Source of the DNA: Candidatus Parcubacteria bacterium | Lineage (GTDB): Bacteria > Patescibacteriota > Minisyncoccia > Phycocordibacterales > UBA5272 | Length of the DNA stretch: 49,866 nt | NCBI GenBank assembly: GCA_039805745.1 | Contig: JBDLTQ010000005.1 | Location: 1-49,866, forward strand | Direction: 5' to 3' | Part shown: positions 26,431-36,700 of the stretch, piece by piece | Layout of the letters: each line of letters opens with the position of its first letter | How positions within the stretch are numbered: position 1 is the first letter of the stretch | Position numbers and translations under genes: made by a program | Notes under the pieces: model-generated | Seen by the model: the letters and a program-made list of their open reading frames with translations, nothing else | The model's database searches: none | What the model was told of the DNA's origin: nothing

Positions 26431-26461
26431 GACATGTGGCATCCAACGGATGCCACATGTC
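26431..26461 (+). other. 14-bp perfect stem-loop downstream of rpsO, no U-tract
   Basis: GACATGTGGCATCC, loop AAC, GGATGCCACATGTC. Confidence 0.6.
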
Positions 26462-26605
26462 ACATATAATGGTATTACTAGTACTAGTATTCTTTTTTCA
26501 GAATACTGTATACTAGAGCATAGTTCTCTATTTTTATATTTAATTCAAATTATTTTGAAGTAGTGCGTGGTTATACATAACCAACAGCTACTGACTCTAT
26601 TCTAT

Positions 26606-27307
26606 ATGTCAGTCATCAAACACGAAGGTCAGCGTGTCGCTATGTTTATCGACACTCAGAACCTCTATCACAGTGCAAAAAATCTTTATAACGCAAAAGT
26701 AAACTTTGGCGCCATCACAGAAACAGCTCTTGCGAAACGTACACTCATTCGTTCTATTGCATACGTTATAACAACTGAAGCAGGGGACGAGACGCAGTTT
26801 TTTGAAGCGCTCACAAAACTTGGCATCGAAACTAAAACAAAAGATCTACAAATCTTTTATGGTGGATCAAAAAAAGCAGACTGGGATGTCGGTATGGCGG
26901 TTGACGCAATACGCCTTGCACCAAAGGTAGACACCATTATCCTTGCAACAGGTGACGGGGACTTTGTGCCACTTATTACATTTCTCAAAGAACACTTTGG
27001 TGTTCAAGTAGAAGTTATTTCATTTGGTCGATCCTCTTCAACAAAACTCCGTGAAGCATGTGAAGACTTCATTGATATGTGCGATCATCCAGAAAAATTT
27101 TTGATTGGATATAGAGCACATCGACAAGCAGCAAAAAAAGCACCACGCATAAGCACTGTAACAACACCACACACATCACACCAAAACACAAAACCAAATG
27201 CACCGAAACGAGCTTTTCGTGTAAAGCGTGTAAAAGAAGTCAAAGAAAACAAAACAACTGAGGCACATTTTTCTGATGAAGCTCTTGGTATTTTTGGTGG
27301 GGAATAA
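26606..27307 (+). CDS. NYN-domain (LabA/DUF88-like) protein with a basic C-terminal tail
   Basis: VAMFIDTQNLYHS...DWDVGMAVDA...LATGDGDFVPLI is a NYN/PIN-like acidic motif set. ATG at 26606. Confidence 0.8.
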   Translation: MSVIKHEGQRVAMFIDTQNLYHSAKNLYNAKVNFGAITETALAKRTLIRSIAYVITTEAGDETQFFEALTKLGIETKTKDLQIFYGGSKKADWDVGMAVDAIRLAPKVDTIILATGDGDFVPLITFLKEHFGVQVEVISFGRSSSTKLREACEDFIDMCDHPEKFLIGYRAHRQAAKKAPRISTVTTPHTSHQNTKPNAPKRAFRVKRVKEVKENKTTEAHFSDEALGIFGGE

Positions 27308-27398
27308 TAGAGAACCGCATACTTATCTACATACAAATCAACAAATACCGCTAATAAACACCTGACACCAGATATTTATCTGATACACTACTACCTAT

Positions 27399-28223
27399 AT
27401 GGTTCCAAAAGTAGATACATTCGCTCACGACATCTCAGATGAGATCAAAAGACAAAACACAACACTCACTGAAGTGGTTGTTCCAAAAGGAGGGGATGCA
27501 GGTACACTACAGCCTCCTCAGTCAGAGATTGCAGGAAAAGCTCCTCGTGTTTTTGCTATCATGATAGCAACGGTCGTGCTTATAATAACAGGAATTATTA
27601 GTGGGTTATATTATTATTTCCAAATACTCCTTGTACAACCAGCACACACACAACCACAAGGAGAAGTGGTTCAAGAAAACAGACAAGCCTCTGGACTTGG
27701 CTCTGTCTCTCTAGCGCTAAATGAAAACATTGGTCGCTATGTAACAAAAGTTGAAAAAAAAGATAAGGGGATTATTATATCCTTTTCATCATATCCTGAT
27801 GTTTTTGCCTACATGACCCGTAATGAAAATGATTATATTACTGAGCTTGTAAGAATTTTTAACGCTCCAGAAAAAGCAACAACGACTCAGCAAGTTATTA
27901 CAAAAAAATCACAATCAGATCCTGTGTATACTGCGTCGTCATCAAAAACTCAAACATCCACCACTACTCTTACGACAAAAAGCACCGCAACCACCACCAA
28001 GAAAGAAAGTAGTAACGCAACCACAACACAACCGACAGCAAGTTCTTCGGTTATTGTCTCGTCAGCGCCGTTATTTAAAGATATAACACTTTCTAATATC
28101 AATATGCGTATGTTTATAAGTGATGAAGGAACTGCTGTATACGCTTTTATTTCTGAAGAAAAAATGTTGATTGCAAAAACACCAGAAGACATTCTTGCTC
28201 TTAAAAGTACAGTGCTCAGATAA
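27399..28223 (+). CDS. Membrane-anchored hypothetical protein with a Thr/Ser-rich linker
   Basis: One TM segment (VFAIMIATVVLIITGIISGLYYYF). Low-complexity segment TSTTTLTTKSTATTTKKESSNATTT. Confidence 0.6.
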   Translation: MVPKVDTFAHDISDEIKRQNTTLTEVVVPKGGDAGTLQPPQSEIAGKAPRVFAIMIATVVLIITGIISGLYYYFQILLVQPAHTQPQGEVVQENRQASGLGSVSLALNENIGRYVTKVEKKDKGIIISFSSYPDVFAYMTRNENDYITELVRIFNAPEKATTTQQVITKKSQSDPVYTASSSKTQTSTTTLTTKSTATTTKKESSNATTTQPTASSSVIVSSAPLFKDITLSNINMRMFISDEGTAVYAFISEEKMLIAKTPEDILALKSTVLR

Positions 28224-28229
28224 CACACT

Positions 28230-29786
28230 ATGAGCGTCGCCGTACTACATAGTGCACACATAGTAGGATTACATGCGGAGGAAGTGGGAGTAGAGGTCGA
28301 TGTATCTCATGGATTATACTCTTTCTCAATAGTAGGCCTACCAGACAAAGCTGTTGATGAAAGTAAAGACAGAGTAATAGCAGCTCTTAAAAACTCACAT
28401 CTTCGTAACCCAAAAACAGAAAATCATAAAGTAACTGTTTCACTATCTCCGGCAAATACTAAAAAAGAAGGGTCTCACTTTGACATGCCAATAGCGTTAT
28501 CATACCTTGTTGCATCAAAACAAGTAGCTATACCCCGTGATGCAGGATGGTTCATTGGGGAGCTTTCACTCTCTGGAGATATTCTTCCTGCAAAAGGAGT
28601 ACTAGCCATAGCTCAAGAAGCAAAGAAAAAAGGCATCACCTCACTCTATGTGCCATATGATAACAAAGAAGAAGCTGCACTTATAGATGGTATTAATGTA
28701 TACGGATGTAAGAATCTTCGTGAAGTGGTATTTCATTTTGGTGGAACAATAGACGGAGTACAAGAACTTTTTTCTATACCAAAAACAGAAGCAACGCTCT
28801 TAGAAGAGACAACAACACTAACCTATACTGATTTTTGTGACATTAAAGGCCAAGAAACTGCGAAAAGGGCGCTAGAAATAGCTGCTGTTGGAGGACATAA
28901 TATCGCCTTATACGGACCACCTGGAACAGGAAAGACTATGCTTGCGAGAGCATTTACCGGTATTCTCCCACATCTTAGTCATGATAATGCGATTGAAGTC
29001 ACTCGTATTCACTCTATTACCAAAGAAAAAATAAAACTTATTACACAGCCACCATTACGTAGCCCTCACCATACAGCGTCTTATGTTTCTATTGTTGGAG
29101 GAGGAACAAATCCTCGTCCAGGAGAGATAACGCTTGCTCATCGTGGAGTACTATTCTTGGATGAGTTTCCAGAATTTGATAAAAAGGTAATTGAATCACT
29201 ACGAGAACCTCTTGAGGAAGGACATATTACTGTCTCTAGGGCAAAGGGGACTTTTACCTTTCCAGCTTCATGTACACTTATAGCATCAATGAACCCGTGC
29301 CCGTGTGGTTTTTATGGTAGTAAACAAAAACGCTGTATATGTACTCCATCTGATATTAGTAGATATGCGAGAAAACTATCTGGCCCAATCATGGACAGAA
29401 TAGACATGTGGGTACCTGTTCTTAACATTAACTATGACATGCTCTCAGAAAAAAGAGAAAGTGAAGGGAGTATGAGCGTACGAAAACGAGTAGAAAAAGG
29501 AAGGCTTTTTTCAGAAAAACGTTTCAAAGAAAGTGGTGTGCCTCATCTGTATCTCAACAAAGATATGAAGAACAAAGAGCTAGAACTCTCACTCCACATA
29601 ACCCCTCAAGCGCTCATAACCCTTAAAAAACTTTCCACAACAAGCACGCTTTCTCCTCGTGCATATCATCGAGTACAGAGACTTGCGCGCACCATTGCTG
29701 ACATGAGAGAAAGTAAAGATGTTGAAGAAAATGACATCTTAGAAGCATTTCAATATAGACCAAAACTATACGAAGACAGTCTATAA
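28230..29786 (+). CDS. comM: YifB/ComM-family Mg-chelatase-like AAA+ protein
   Basis: N-terminal Lon-protease-like domain, Walker A GPPGTGKTM, Walker B VLFLDEF, and the Cys cluster CPCG...C.C typical of ComM/YifB. Confidence 0.92.
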   Translation: MSVAVLHSAHIVGLHAEEVGVEVDVSHGLYSFSIVGLPDKAVDESKDRVIAALKNSHLRNPKTENHKVTVSLSPANTKKEGSHFDMPIALSYLVASKQVAIPRDAGWFIGELSLSGDILPAKGVLAIAQEAKKKGITSLYVPYDNKEEAALIDGINVYGCKNLREVVFHFGGTIDGVQELFSIPKTEATLLEETTTLTYTDFCDIKGQETAKRALEIAAVGGHNIALYGPPGTGKTMLARAFTGILPHLSHDNAIEVTRIHSITKEKIKLITQPPLRSPHHTASYVSIVGGGTNPRPGEITLAHRGVLFLDEFPEFDKKVIESLREPLEEGHITVSRAKGTFTFPASCTLIASMNPCPCGFYGSKQKRCICTPSDISRYARKLSGPIMDRIDMWVPVLNINYDMLSEKRESEGSMSVRKRVEKGRLFSEKRFKESGVPHLYLNKDMKNKELELSLHITPQALITLKKLSTTSTLSPRAYHRVQRLARTIADMRESKDVEENDILEAFQYRPKLYEDSL

Positions 29787-29834
29787 TAACTGACTACACA
29801 AAGAGGGGAAATCGTCTCGGGTAAAACTTTCTCG

Positions 29835-30896
29835 TTAGAAAGGATTTTTTGCTCCACGAACTTCAAAGTGAAGATGTGGTCCTGTTGAACGTCCTGTATT
29901 ACCAACAGTACCAATCACTTGGCCTTGTGTAACACTTGTTCCTTGTGTTGTGTAGACATCACGAAGGTGTGCGTATACCGTCTGAACACCTCCTTCATGA
30001 GTAATAATAATAAGATTACCGTACCCACCATTATAGCCACCAATTTTTGCCACAATAACTCGACCACTCGCAGAAGCAACAACAGGGGTACCTGGAGTTG
30101 CGGCAACGTCAATAGCATTATGACCATGAATACCTTGTGTCTTTCTCCCTCCGACAAGAGGACGAACAAGGAAACCGCTTGGTGTTGTGGCAATATACCT
30201 ATCAAGTATTTTTGATGCAGTTTTCTTTTTAGCTGGTGTTTTTGGTTGAACAACTTCAATTTCACCATCTGGAATAATCACAGTACCCCCAGCAATAAGA
30301 GCACCATCTGAAGCTAGTCCGTTATATTTTGCAATATCATCTACGTCAGCTTTATATTTTTTTGCCAAAGAAGCAAGAGTATCGCCTTTCTTTACGGTAT
30401 ATTTAATACCAGTAATTGGAAGAATAATAAGAGTATCTCCTCGAGAGAGGGTGCGACTCTTGAGATCATTTGCCCAAATAATTGTATTGACCGATACTCC
30501 AAATAACTTCGCAACATCAGACAATGTGTCACCTTTCTTTACCTCGTATACAGAAATCTCATCAGTCTCTGGAAAATCAACATCTTCGGTTGAAACACGC
30601 ATAGGACCAGAGATGGCTTGTAATGCTTCATTATTTTCTACAAGCTCTTCTCCTAACGAAGCCATCAAATCTTCTTCTCCTACAACAGTAGGTTTGAATA
30701 CTGCCATAGTCTGCGATGTCGAAACGTCTCCTGTTTCTACATCCTCTTCCTGAACAAAAATAGATTTAATTTTTCCAGTAAGTGTAGAAAAACCTTCCCA
30801 TGCAAAAACCTGTGACGGCACCGAAATAGAAGCAAGTCCGAGGAGAATAACTGCTTTTCTTGCTTTTTCTGTATGAGACTGTGGTTGTACTATCAA
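29835..30896 (-). CDS. Secreted LysM-domain M23 metallopeptidase
   Basis: Signal/TM segment. Two LysM repeats (YEVKKGDTLSDVAKLFGVS, YTVKKGDTLASLAKKYKAD). M23 motifs HNAIDV and GPHLHFEVR. Confidence 0.9.
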   Translation of the reverse strand: MIVQPQSHTEKARKAVILLGLASISVPSQVFAWEGFSTLTGKIKSIFVQEEDVETGDVSTSQTMAVFKPTVVGEEDLMASLGEELVENNEALQAISGPMRVSTEDVDFPETDEISVYEVKKGDTLSDVAKLFGVSVNTIIWANDLKSRTLSRGDTLIILPITGIKYTVKKGDTLASLAKKYKADVDDIAKYNGLASDGALIAGGTVIIPDGEIEVVQPKTPAKKKTASKILDRYIATTPSGFLVRPLVGGRKTQGIHGHNAIDVAATPGTPVVASASGRVIVAKIGGYNGGYGNLIIITHEGGVQTVYAHLRDVYTTQGTSVTQGQVIGTVGNTGRSTGPHLHFEVRGAKNPF

Positions 30897-31085
30897 ACGG
30901 ATTAAAATTAAAAGAGGGGGGTAGCGCGATACTCTTTTGAAACAATGTAGTACGCAACTACCACATCCCTATAGTCACCTCTTTATACTAGCAAAAACCA
31001 CAGAGAAGAACAAGAAAAGTGTCCCTAAAAATATGTGGAGAACTTACTTAAAAGTCTTGAAAAATAAAGTATACTGAGGTGACGT

Positions 31086-34000
31086 ATGAATGGTGATGCA
31101 AACCAAGAAAAGAACGATTTTAGTATAAAAACTAGACCAGAATACAAAGAACCTTCGTATTCCACTCGAGACGTACAACATCCTGGGGTTTTTCGTCCTT
31201 TGAAAATCAACACACCCACTCATTTTGATATCAATCAACGTGTATTACGTAATGTTGGCGGAGAGTTACGACGTCCAGAAAAGAAAGAAGCTGTTGATCC
31301 TGCTATTCTAGAGCTTGGAAAACTTGCCCAAGAGGCAGGGATTACTATCGTTAGTGAAAACGGAGTTACTCGCATAGAGCTTCCAGAAGACACCTCTATC
31401 AACACCGAGCAAAAAAACCGCCTCACCGAAGAAAATGAGAAGCAAACAACCGAACTAAAAAATCTCCTTGAGAGGACACAAGAAGAGTTAGAAAAATTCA
31501 AAGCAGAAACATCTCTTTTAGAAAAAAATCAGGAATCAACCCTCTCTGCACTTGAAACACTAAATAAAGAATTTGCAAAGTTTGTTGCAGAAAAAGAAGC
31601 AAGTGAAAAACAAGCAGAAGAAAATCTCAAGAATAAAGATGCTGAGATCGCTACTCTAGCAGAACAAAATGCTACACGAGAACAAACGCTACACGCTGAA
31701 AAGAAAAAAAGTGAAGACGAGCTTACAAAAAAACTTCAAGAAGCGACAGTCACTGAAAAAATCCTTACCGACTTTATACCAACCTTTGGTACTTTTAGTC
31801 TTACTCACGAAAAAGCTCAGCGCCTTATCCCAAAACTATCTGACACAACAACACAACAAACCCTACAAGAGCAGGGTGGTTACTTATGGGACCTCGCAGG
31901 ACAGATACACGCAGGGGAGAATATCACACAACAAACCATTGATGATTTTAAAAATACATTAAAAACCTACGAAGCATCTCTCAAAGATATCGAGAATCGT
32001 ATAGATGAACAAGAAAAAAAAGCACAACAAGTACTAGAGAAATCACGAAGCCTCACACCGTGGACAGGGTGGCCTAAAAGCATTGAACTCATCAACAGAA
32101 AAGCTGACAGGAATAAAAATATTCATGCTAAAACATACTGGGAAATAACTAACAGCACAACAGGACTAAAACAAGAACTTACACCTATCGAAAGATGGAA
32201 TGATGTGAAGCTTGAATTTGATCGATCATTTAAAGAATATGAAAACTTCCTCAAACAAGACGAGTCCCTTCGTAAAATAGAACGCTACCCAGACCTTGTT
32301 AAAGCAAAAAACGCTATCATTACAGCTCTTTTTGAGCTTGATCCGGAGCGTGCACTTACTCTTGTGTCTGTACTTAACAACACACTAGATACTACAAAAA
32401 AAGCATGGGAAACCTTCAAAGAACTCGAGGCTAAAGAAAAGAAAAAGAGCGAAGAAGAAAAAGCAAAACAAGAAGCCCTCTCCAAAAAAATAAAACAACT
32501 CGAAACATCTCTTGATGAACTCACGACAATTATAGAGGGATCTTCTTTTAGCGCTGTAAGTGGAATCATAATCACCAACGCAGAAAAAGAGGCTATCAAA
32601 AAGAACATAAAATACGCGGAGAGACAGCTAGGGGAGGTGAAGCAAGCTCCAAATGATGGTGATATAGCAGATGTACAAAATCATGTTGACGCAATCACAA
32701 GCCAGATCAAACAAAAGCAAGATGCCACAAACGGTATCGAAAGAAAGAAGCAGACACAACCACGTTTTGTGCATCGCCCTGTATCTCTTAACACAAGAAT
32801 TGTAGTCAGAGATACAAATGGTACATATAAAGAAACCACCGTCGGTGAAGTAGAGCAGAAACGCGCACTCGATGAAGAAGCAAAGAAAGCCTCTATCATC
32901 GCATCTCAAGAAGAAGTGGTAGAACACTACTTTGCTGTCTTCAATAAAAATAAAAAAGGGTTCCTAGAAACCTTTATTCCAAAAGATCCGAACAATAACA
33001 ATGAGTGGTCAAGTCTTTCCGAAAAAGAAGCAGTGCTTGGTATTATACAAAACTACGAAACAGATATAACAAGCACAATTCTTCGACTCAAGGGACTTCC
33101 AGAAAGTATTGAGACCGCAAATCAGATCAACCAGCTTCAAGAAGAACTTCGCGTTATTGACGATCTTCGTCACCAAAAACTTACAAAAGAAGATTCTTTA
33201 AAGAAGTTTGTACAATCATATCGACCATCAGGTGACAAAAATCTTGAACATCTTAATAGCTACAGAAATACACCAAAGAAAAAAGGATTTTTTGCCCGTA
33301 TTGTTTCAAAAAAGAATACACCAAAAGAAGTACAAGAAGTAGACACACCTCAGACTCTGACAATAGGCACAGACGATACACATGCGCAGACAAGCAACAT
33401 GACGAGACCGTATATGGACGAAGAGATGCATACCGCTATTAAAGACAGGTTATCAGAAAAAGAACAAGGAAACCTTACTATTACAACCAAAGATCAGCAA
33501 CTTGCTCACACACTTCCAGTAGAAGCAGTAAGAGAGCAGGAACCTTTGACTACAGAACAAGTTCAACCAACGCCTTCGCAAGAAACCGAAGAAAACACCA
33601 CCCCTGACACCACAACACCTCTACACACACCTGAAGAAGCAGGTAATCCAAGCACCACTCAAGAAACGACTCTAGAGACAACACCTGAAGCAACAAACCA
33701 AGAAGAGCCACAACCAGAAACCCCTACACAAGCAGTAGCTCCGTCTCCAGAATCATCAGAGGAACGTGCGCGGAAACTACAAGCTATCGACCGTCTCACA
33801 AGCACACTTCGCAGTGAAAAAACAAAAAACTGGGCATCTATTCTTGCACTCGCCGGAGCAGGCTTAACCCTTATGTATGGAGGTAAAGAGTTAGCACAAC
33901 ACATCCACGGAAAGAAAGAAGGGGTAACACTTAGCACTCTTGAGCAACTAGCTTCATGGAAAGACTTCTTCCAAACAGAGGAAGATAAACGTTGGTTACA

Positions 34001-34370
34001 CGATATACACGGCAGTACAAAACTAGGTTTTATCCCTCTTATGCAAAAATGGGCACCTGCTGTTGATATTAATAAAAATAATCCTGCAACGATTGTGGCA
34101 TTATCAGCAATGAAATGTGTTGAGCTTCTCAATAGTCATGAAATGGTCTACGGACTCAACAACACTCAGCGCGAGCAAGTCTGTCAAGTTGTCCGAAACC
34201 TAGAAAAAACAATTCAAGCAACTGATGCCAACAGAAGAGTAGATCCATCTTTCTCACAAAATCCATATTCCTACGCTGATTCTGCAATTACTGTATTTGC
34301 ATTTTATGACAAAGTGCAGGAAGCAATAGCGCAAGCGGAAAAACTAGAAGCTACACGTAAGAAAAAATAA
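31086..34370 (+). CDS. Giant coiled-coil protein (1094 aa) with one TM segment near the C-terminus
   Basis: GAGGTGA SD. About 900 aa of Lys/Glu/Gln-rich coiled coil, then a Pro/Thr/Glu linker. TM segment WASILALAGAGLTLMYGG (about 33832-33885), followed by a C-terminal domain of about 155 aa. Confidence 0.7.
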   Translation: MNGDANQEKNDFSIKTRPEYKEPSYSTRDVQHPGVFRPLKINTPTHFDINQRVLRNVGGELRRPEKKEAVDPAILELGKLAQEAGITIVSENGVTRIELPEDTSINTEQKNRLTEENEKQTTELKNLLERTQEELEKFKAETSLLEKNQESTLSALETLNKEFAKFVAEKEASEKQAEENLKNKDAEIATLAEQNATREQTLHAEKKKSEDELTKKLQEATVTEKILTDFIPTFGTFSLTHEKAQRLIPKLSDTTTQQTLQEQGGYLWDLAGQIHAGENITQQTIDDFKNTLKTYEASLKDIENRIDEQEKKAQQVLEKSRSLTPWTGWPKSIELINRKADRNKNIHAKTYWEITNSTTGLKQELTPIERWNDVKLEFDRSFKEYENFLKQDESLRKIERYPDLVKAKNAIITALFELDPERALTLVSVLNNTLDTTKKAWETFKELEAKEKKKSEEEKAKQEALSKKIKQLETSLDELTTIIEGSSFSAVSGIIITNAEKEAIKKNIKYAERQLGEVKQAPNDGDIADVQNHVDAITSQIKQKQDATNGIERKKQTQPRFVHRPVSLNTRIVVRDTNGTYKETTVGEVEQKRALDEEAKKASIIASQEEVVEHYFAVFNKNKKGFLETFIPKDPNNNNEWSSLSEKEAVLGIIQNYETDITSTILRLKGLPESIETANQINQLQEELRVIDDLRHQKLTKEDSLKKFVQSYRPSGDKNLEHLNSYRNTPKKKGFFARIVSKKNTPKEVQEVDTPQTLTIGTDDTHAQTSNMTRPYMDEEMHTAIKDRLSEKEQGNLTITTKDQQLAHTLPVEAVREQEPLTTEQVQPTPSQETEENTTPDTTTPLHTPEEAGNPSTTQETTLETTPEATNQEEPQPETPTQAVAPSPESSEERARKLQAIDRLTSTLRSEKTKNWASILALAGAGLTLMYGGKELAQHIHGKKEGVTLSTLEQLASWKDFFQTEEDKRWLHDIHGSTKLGFIPLMQKWAPAVDINKNNPATIVALSAMKCVELLNSHEMVYGLNNTQREQVCQVVRNLEKTIQATDANRRVDPSFSQNPYSYADSAITVFAFYDKVQEAIAQAEKLEATRKKK

Positions 34371-34371
34371 T

Positions 34372-34659
34372 ATGACCCAAGAACAACTCTACAATGAACT
34401 CGTCACAGAATTTAACCTCACAGATCTCCCAGAGGAGGACAGGGAAGACATGCTTCTTGAGGTTGCAAAAACAATACAAAAGCAGTTTCTTATCGAAGTC
34501 TATGATCGTATCGGGGAACAACAATTCAACGCACTTCAAGCATCTGCTTCAATGGGTGAAGAATTTTATACCACAACCCTAAAACATCTTGTTCCTGATT
34601 GTGAAGAAATTTTTATACAAGCTCGCAAAAAAGTAGTAAAAGCTTTTAGCTCTTCATAA
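34372..34659 (+). CDS. Small acidic hypothetical protein (95 aa), translationally coupled to the giant gene
   Basis: Its ATG lies 1 nt after the upstream TAA. Confidence 0.6.
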   Translation: MTQEQLYNELVTEFNLTDLPEEDREDMLLEVAKTIQKQFLIEVYDRIGEQQFNALQASASMGEEFYTTTLKHLVPDCEEIFIQARKKVVKAFSSS

Positions 34660-34711
34660 TAAACGCATTATAAAATGACCTGTTGTCAGAATGTGCTACA
34701 CTTTGTTTCAC

Positions 34712-36649
34712 ATGAGTGAAGCGATACTCTTAAACACAAAACAACAAGAAGCAGTTCTTCACACTGAAGGACCTCTTCTTATCATTGCAGGAGCAGGCGC
34801 TGGAAAGACAAAAACCATCACCGAACGCATCGTAGCGATTGTAAAAAAAGGAACAGATCCACGCAACATACTCGCTGTGACATTTACAAACAAAGCAGCA
34901 AAAGAAATGCGTGAGCGTATCGTTCACCGCCTCGAAGAAGAACATGTGATTGAAAAAGATAATCCATACCATCACACACCTATTATCAAAACATTCCATT
35001 CACTTGGTGTCATGATACTTCGTGAACATGGTGAATATATTGGATTACCAAAACATCCAACAATACTCGACTCATCAGACTCACTCACCATCATCAAACG
35101 ACAAGTAGAGCACCTCGGCCTCGACCCAAAAATAAATGACCCCTCTAAAATACGATCTATCATTAGTCGTGAAAAAGGGGACTTTGTAAGTGTTTCTCAA
35201 TACAAAGAAAAAGTTGCTACTGCTCAAATGGATATTATTGCTACGGTATGGAGGTTGTACGAAGAAGAATTAAAAGCTCAAAAAGCTGTTGATTTTGATG
35301 ATCTTATCGTAAAGACAGTTCACATGCTCGAGACACATACCACTCTTCGAGAATACTATCAAAAACGATTTAGCTATATACATGTTGATGAGTATCAGGA
35401 TACCAACGCTGCGCAATATGCTTTTATAAAACTACTCATCAACAAAGATCGCAATAATATCTGTGTGGTTGGTGATACAGACCAAAATATTTATAGCTGG
35501 CGTGGAGCAAACATTAGAAACATTCTTAACTTTGAAAAAGATTTTTCTGGAGCTTCTACAATTCTTCTTGAAGAAAATTATCGCTCAACAGGGAATATTC
35601 TTCAGCTTGCTAATAATGCCATCAAAAAAAATACTATTCGCACCGAAAAGAATCTCTTCACCTCACAAGGGGAGGGTGACAAAGTAGACATCATGCCTTG
35701 CTGGAACGAAGAAGCTGAGGCTGAACTCCTCGCTCGCACTTGCAAAAACCTTATAGAACAAGGAGAAAGACCAGAGACTATCGCGGTACTCTATCGAGCC
35801 AATTTTCAATCTCGTGTTCTTGAAGAAGGATTCTTAAGGGAAAATGTTACCTACAATCTCCTTGGAACAAAATTTTTTGAACGTAAAGAAATAAAAGATG
35901 TGTTGAGTTATCTACGAGCATCACTTAACCGATCATCACAACAAGATCTTCGTCGTGTATTCGAAACGCCAAAACGCGGTATCGGCAAAGTAACAATAGC
36001 CAAGTTCTTTGCAGGTGAACAACTTCCTAAAACAGCAGAAACAAAAATCAAAAGTGTGTATGATTTTTTGGACACGATAGCGACGATGCTTTCGACAGAA
36101 CCACTTTCACATGTACTACAAATGATTATCGTTGATTCTGGCATGGAACGAGAACTTCTTGAAGGATCATCAGAAGATAGAGAACGTCTCGAAAACGCTC
36201 GTGAGCTCGTATCACTAACTGTTCGTTATGATGGGAGCAAAGGAGAAGAGTCCGTCACTTCATTTTTAGAAGAAACATCTTTACAGTCTGATCAAGATAA
36301 TGATAATGAAGAAAAAAATGGTGTACGCCTTATGACAATACACGCAAGTAAAGGACTTGAATTTAATCATGTGTTTGTTGTAGGACTAGAACAAGACCTC
36401 TTTCCACATAAAAATATCGGCAACCGAAAACGAAGCAAAGAAGAGGAAGAGGAGGAAAGACGTCTCTTTTATGTTGCTGTTACTCGTGCACGTACACACC
36501 TATACCTCACATACACTGACCTTCGTACCATCTTTGGCCAAAAACAAATTAACGCCCCGAGTGAATTTCTTCGTGATGTACCCGACGAAATAGCTAACTA
36601 CCATGACATGTATTATAAAGAGCACGGTGGATCTGTGGTCTATATATAA
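34712..36649 (+). CDS. UvrD/PcrA-family ATP-dependent DNA helicase
   Basis: Motif I AGAGAGKTKT, motif II VDEYQDTN, plus TIHASKGLEF and YVAVTRAR. Confidence 0.93.
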   Translation: MSEAILLNTKQQEAVLHTEGPLLIIAGAGAGKTKTITERIVAIVKKGTDPRNILAVTFTNKAAKEMRERIVHRLEEEHVIEKDNPYHHTPIIKTFHSLGVMILREHGEYIGLPKHPTILDSSDSLTIIKRQVEHLGLDPKINDPSKIRSIISREKGDFVSVSQYKEKVATAQMDIIATVWRLYEEELKAQKAVDFDDLIVKTVHMLETHTTLREYYQKRFSYIHVDEYQDTNAAQYAFIKLLINKDRNNICVVGDTDQNIYSWRGANIRNILNFEKDFSGASTILLEENYRSTGNILQLANNAIKKNTIRTEKNLFTSQGEGDKVDIMPCWNEEAEAELLARTCKNLIEQGERPETIAVLYRANFQSRVLEEGFLRENVTYNLLGTKFFERKEIKDVLSYLRASLNRSSQQDLRRVFETPKRGIGKVTIAKFFAGEQLPKTAETKIKSVYDFLDTIATMLSTEPLSHVLQMIIVDSGMERELLEGSSEDRERLENARELVSLTVRYDGSKGEESVTSFLEETSLQSDQDNDNEEKNGVRLMTIHASKGLEFNHVFVVGLEQDLFPHKNIGNRKRSKEEEEEERRLFYVAVTRARTHLYLTYTDLRTIFGQKQINAPSEFLRDVPDEIANYHDMYYKEHGGSVVYI

Positions 36650-36682
36650 AAAAAATGGACACGTCTTCGTATCCATTTTTTT
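36648..36682. terminator. Bidirectional terminator
   Basis: ATGGACACG, loop TCTT, CGTATCCAT (one C.A mismatch). Flanked by an A-run and a T-run. Confidence 0.6.
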
Positions 36683-36700
36683 GACAGTACACAATACATC

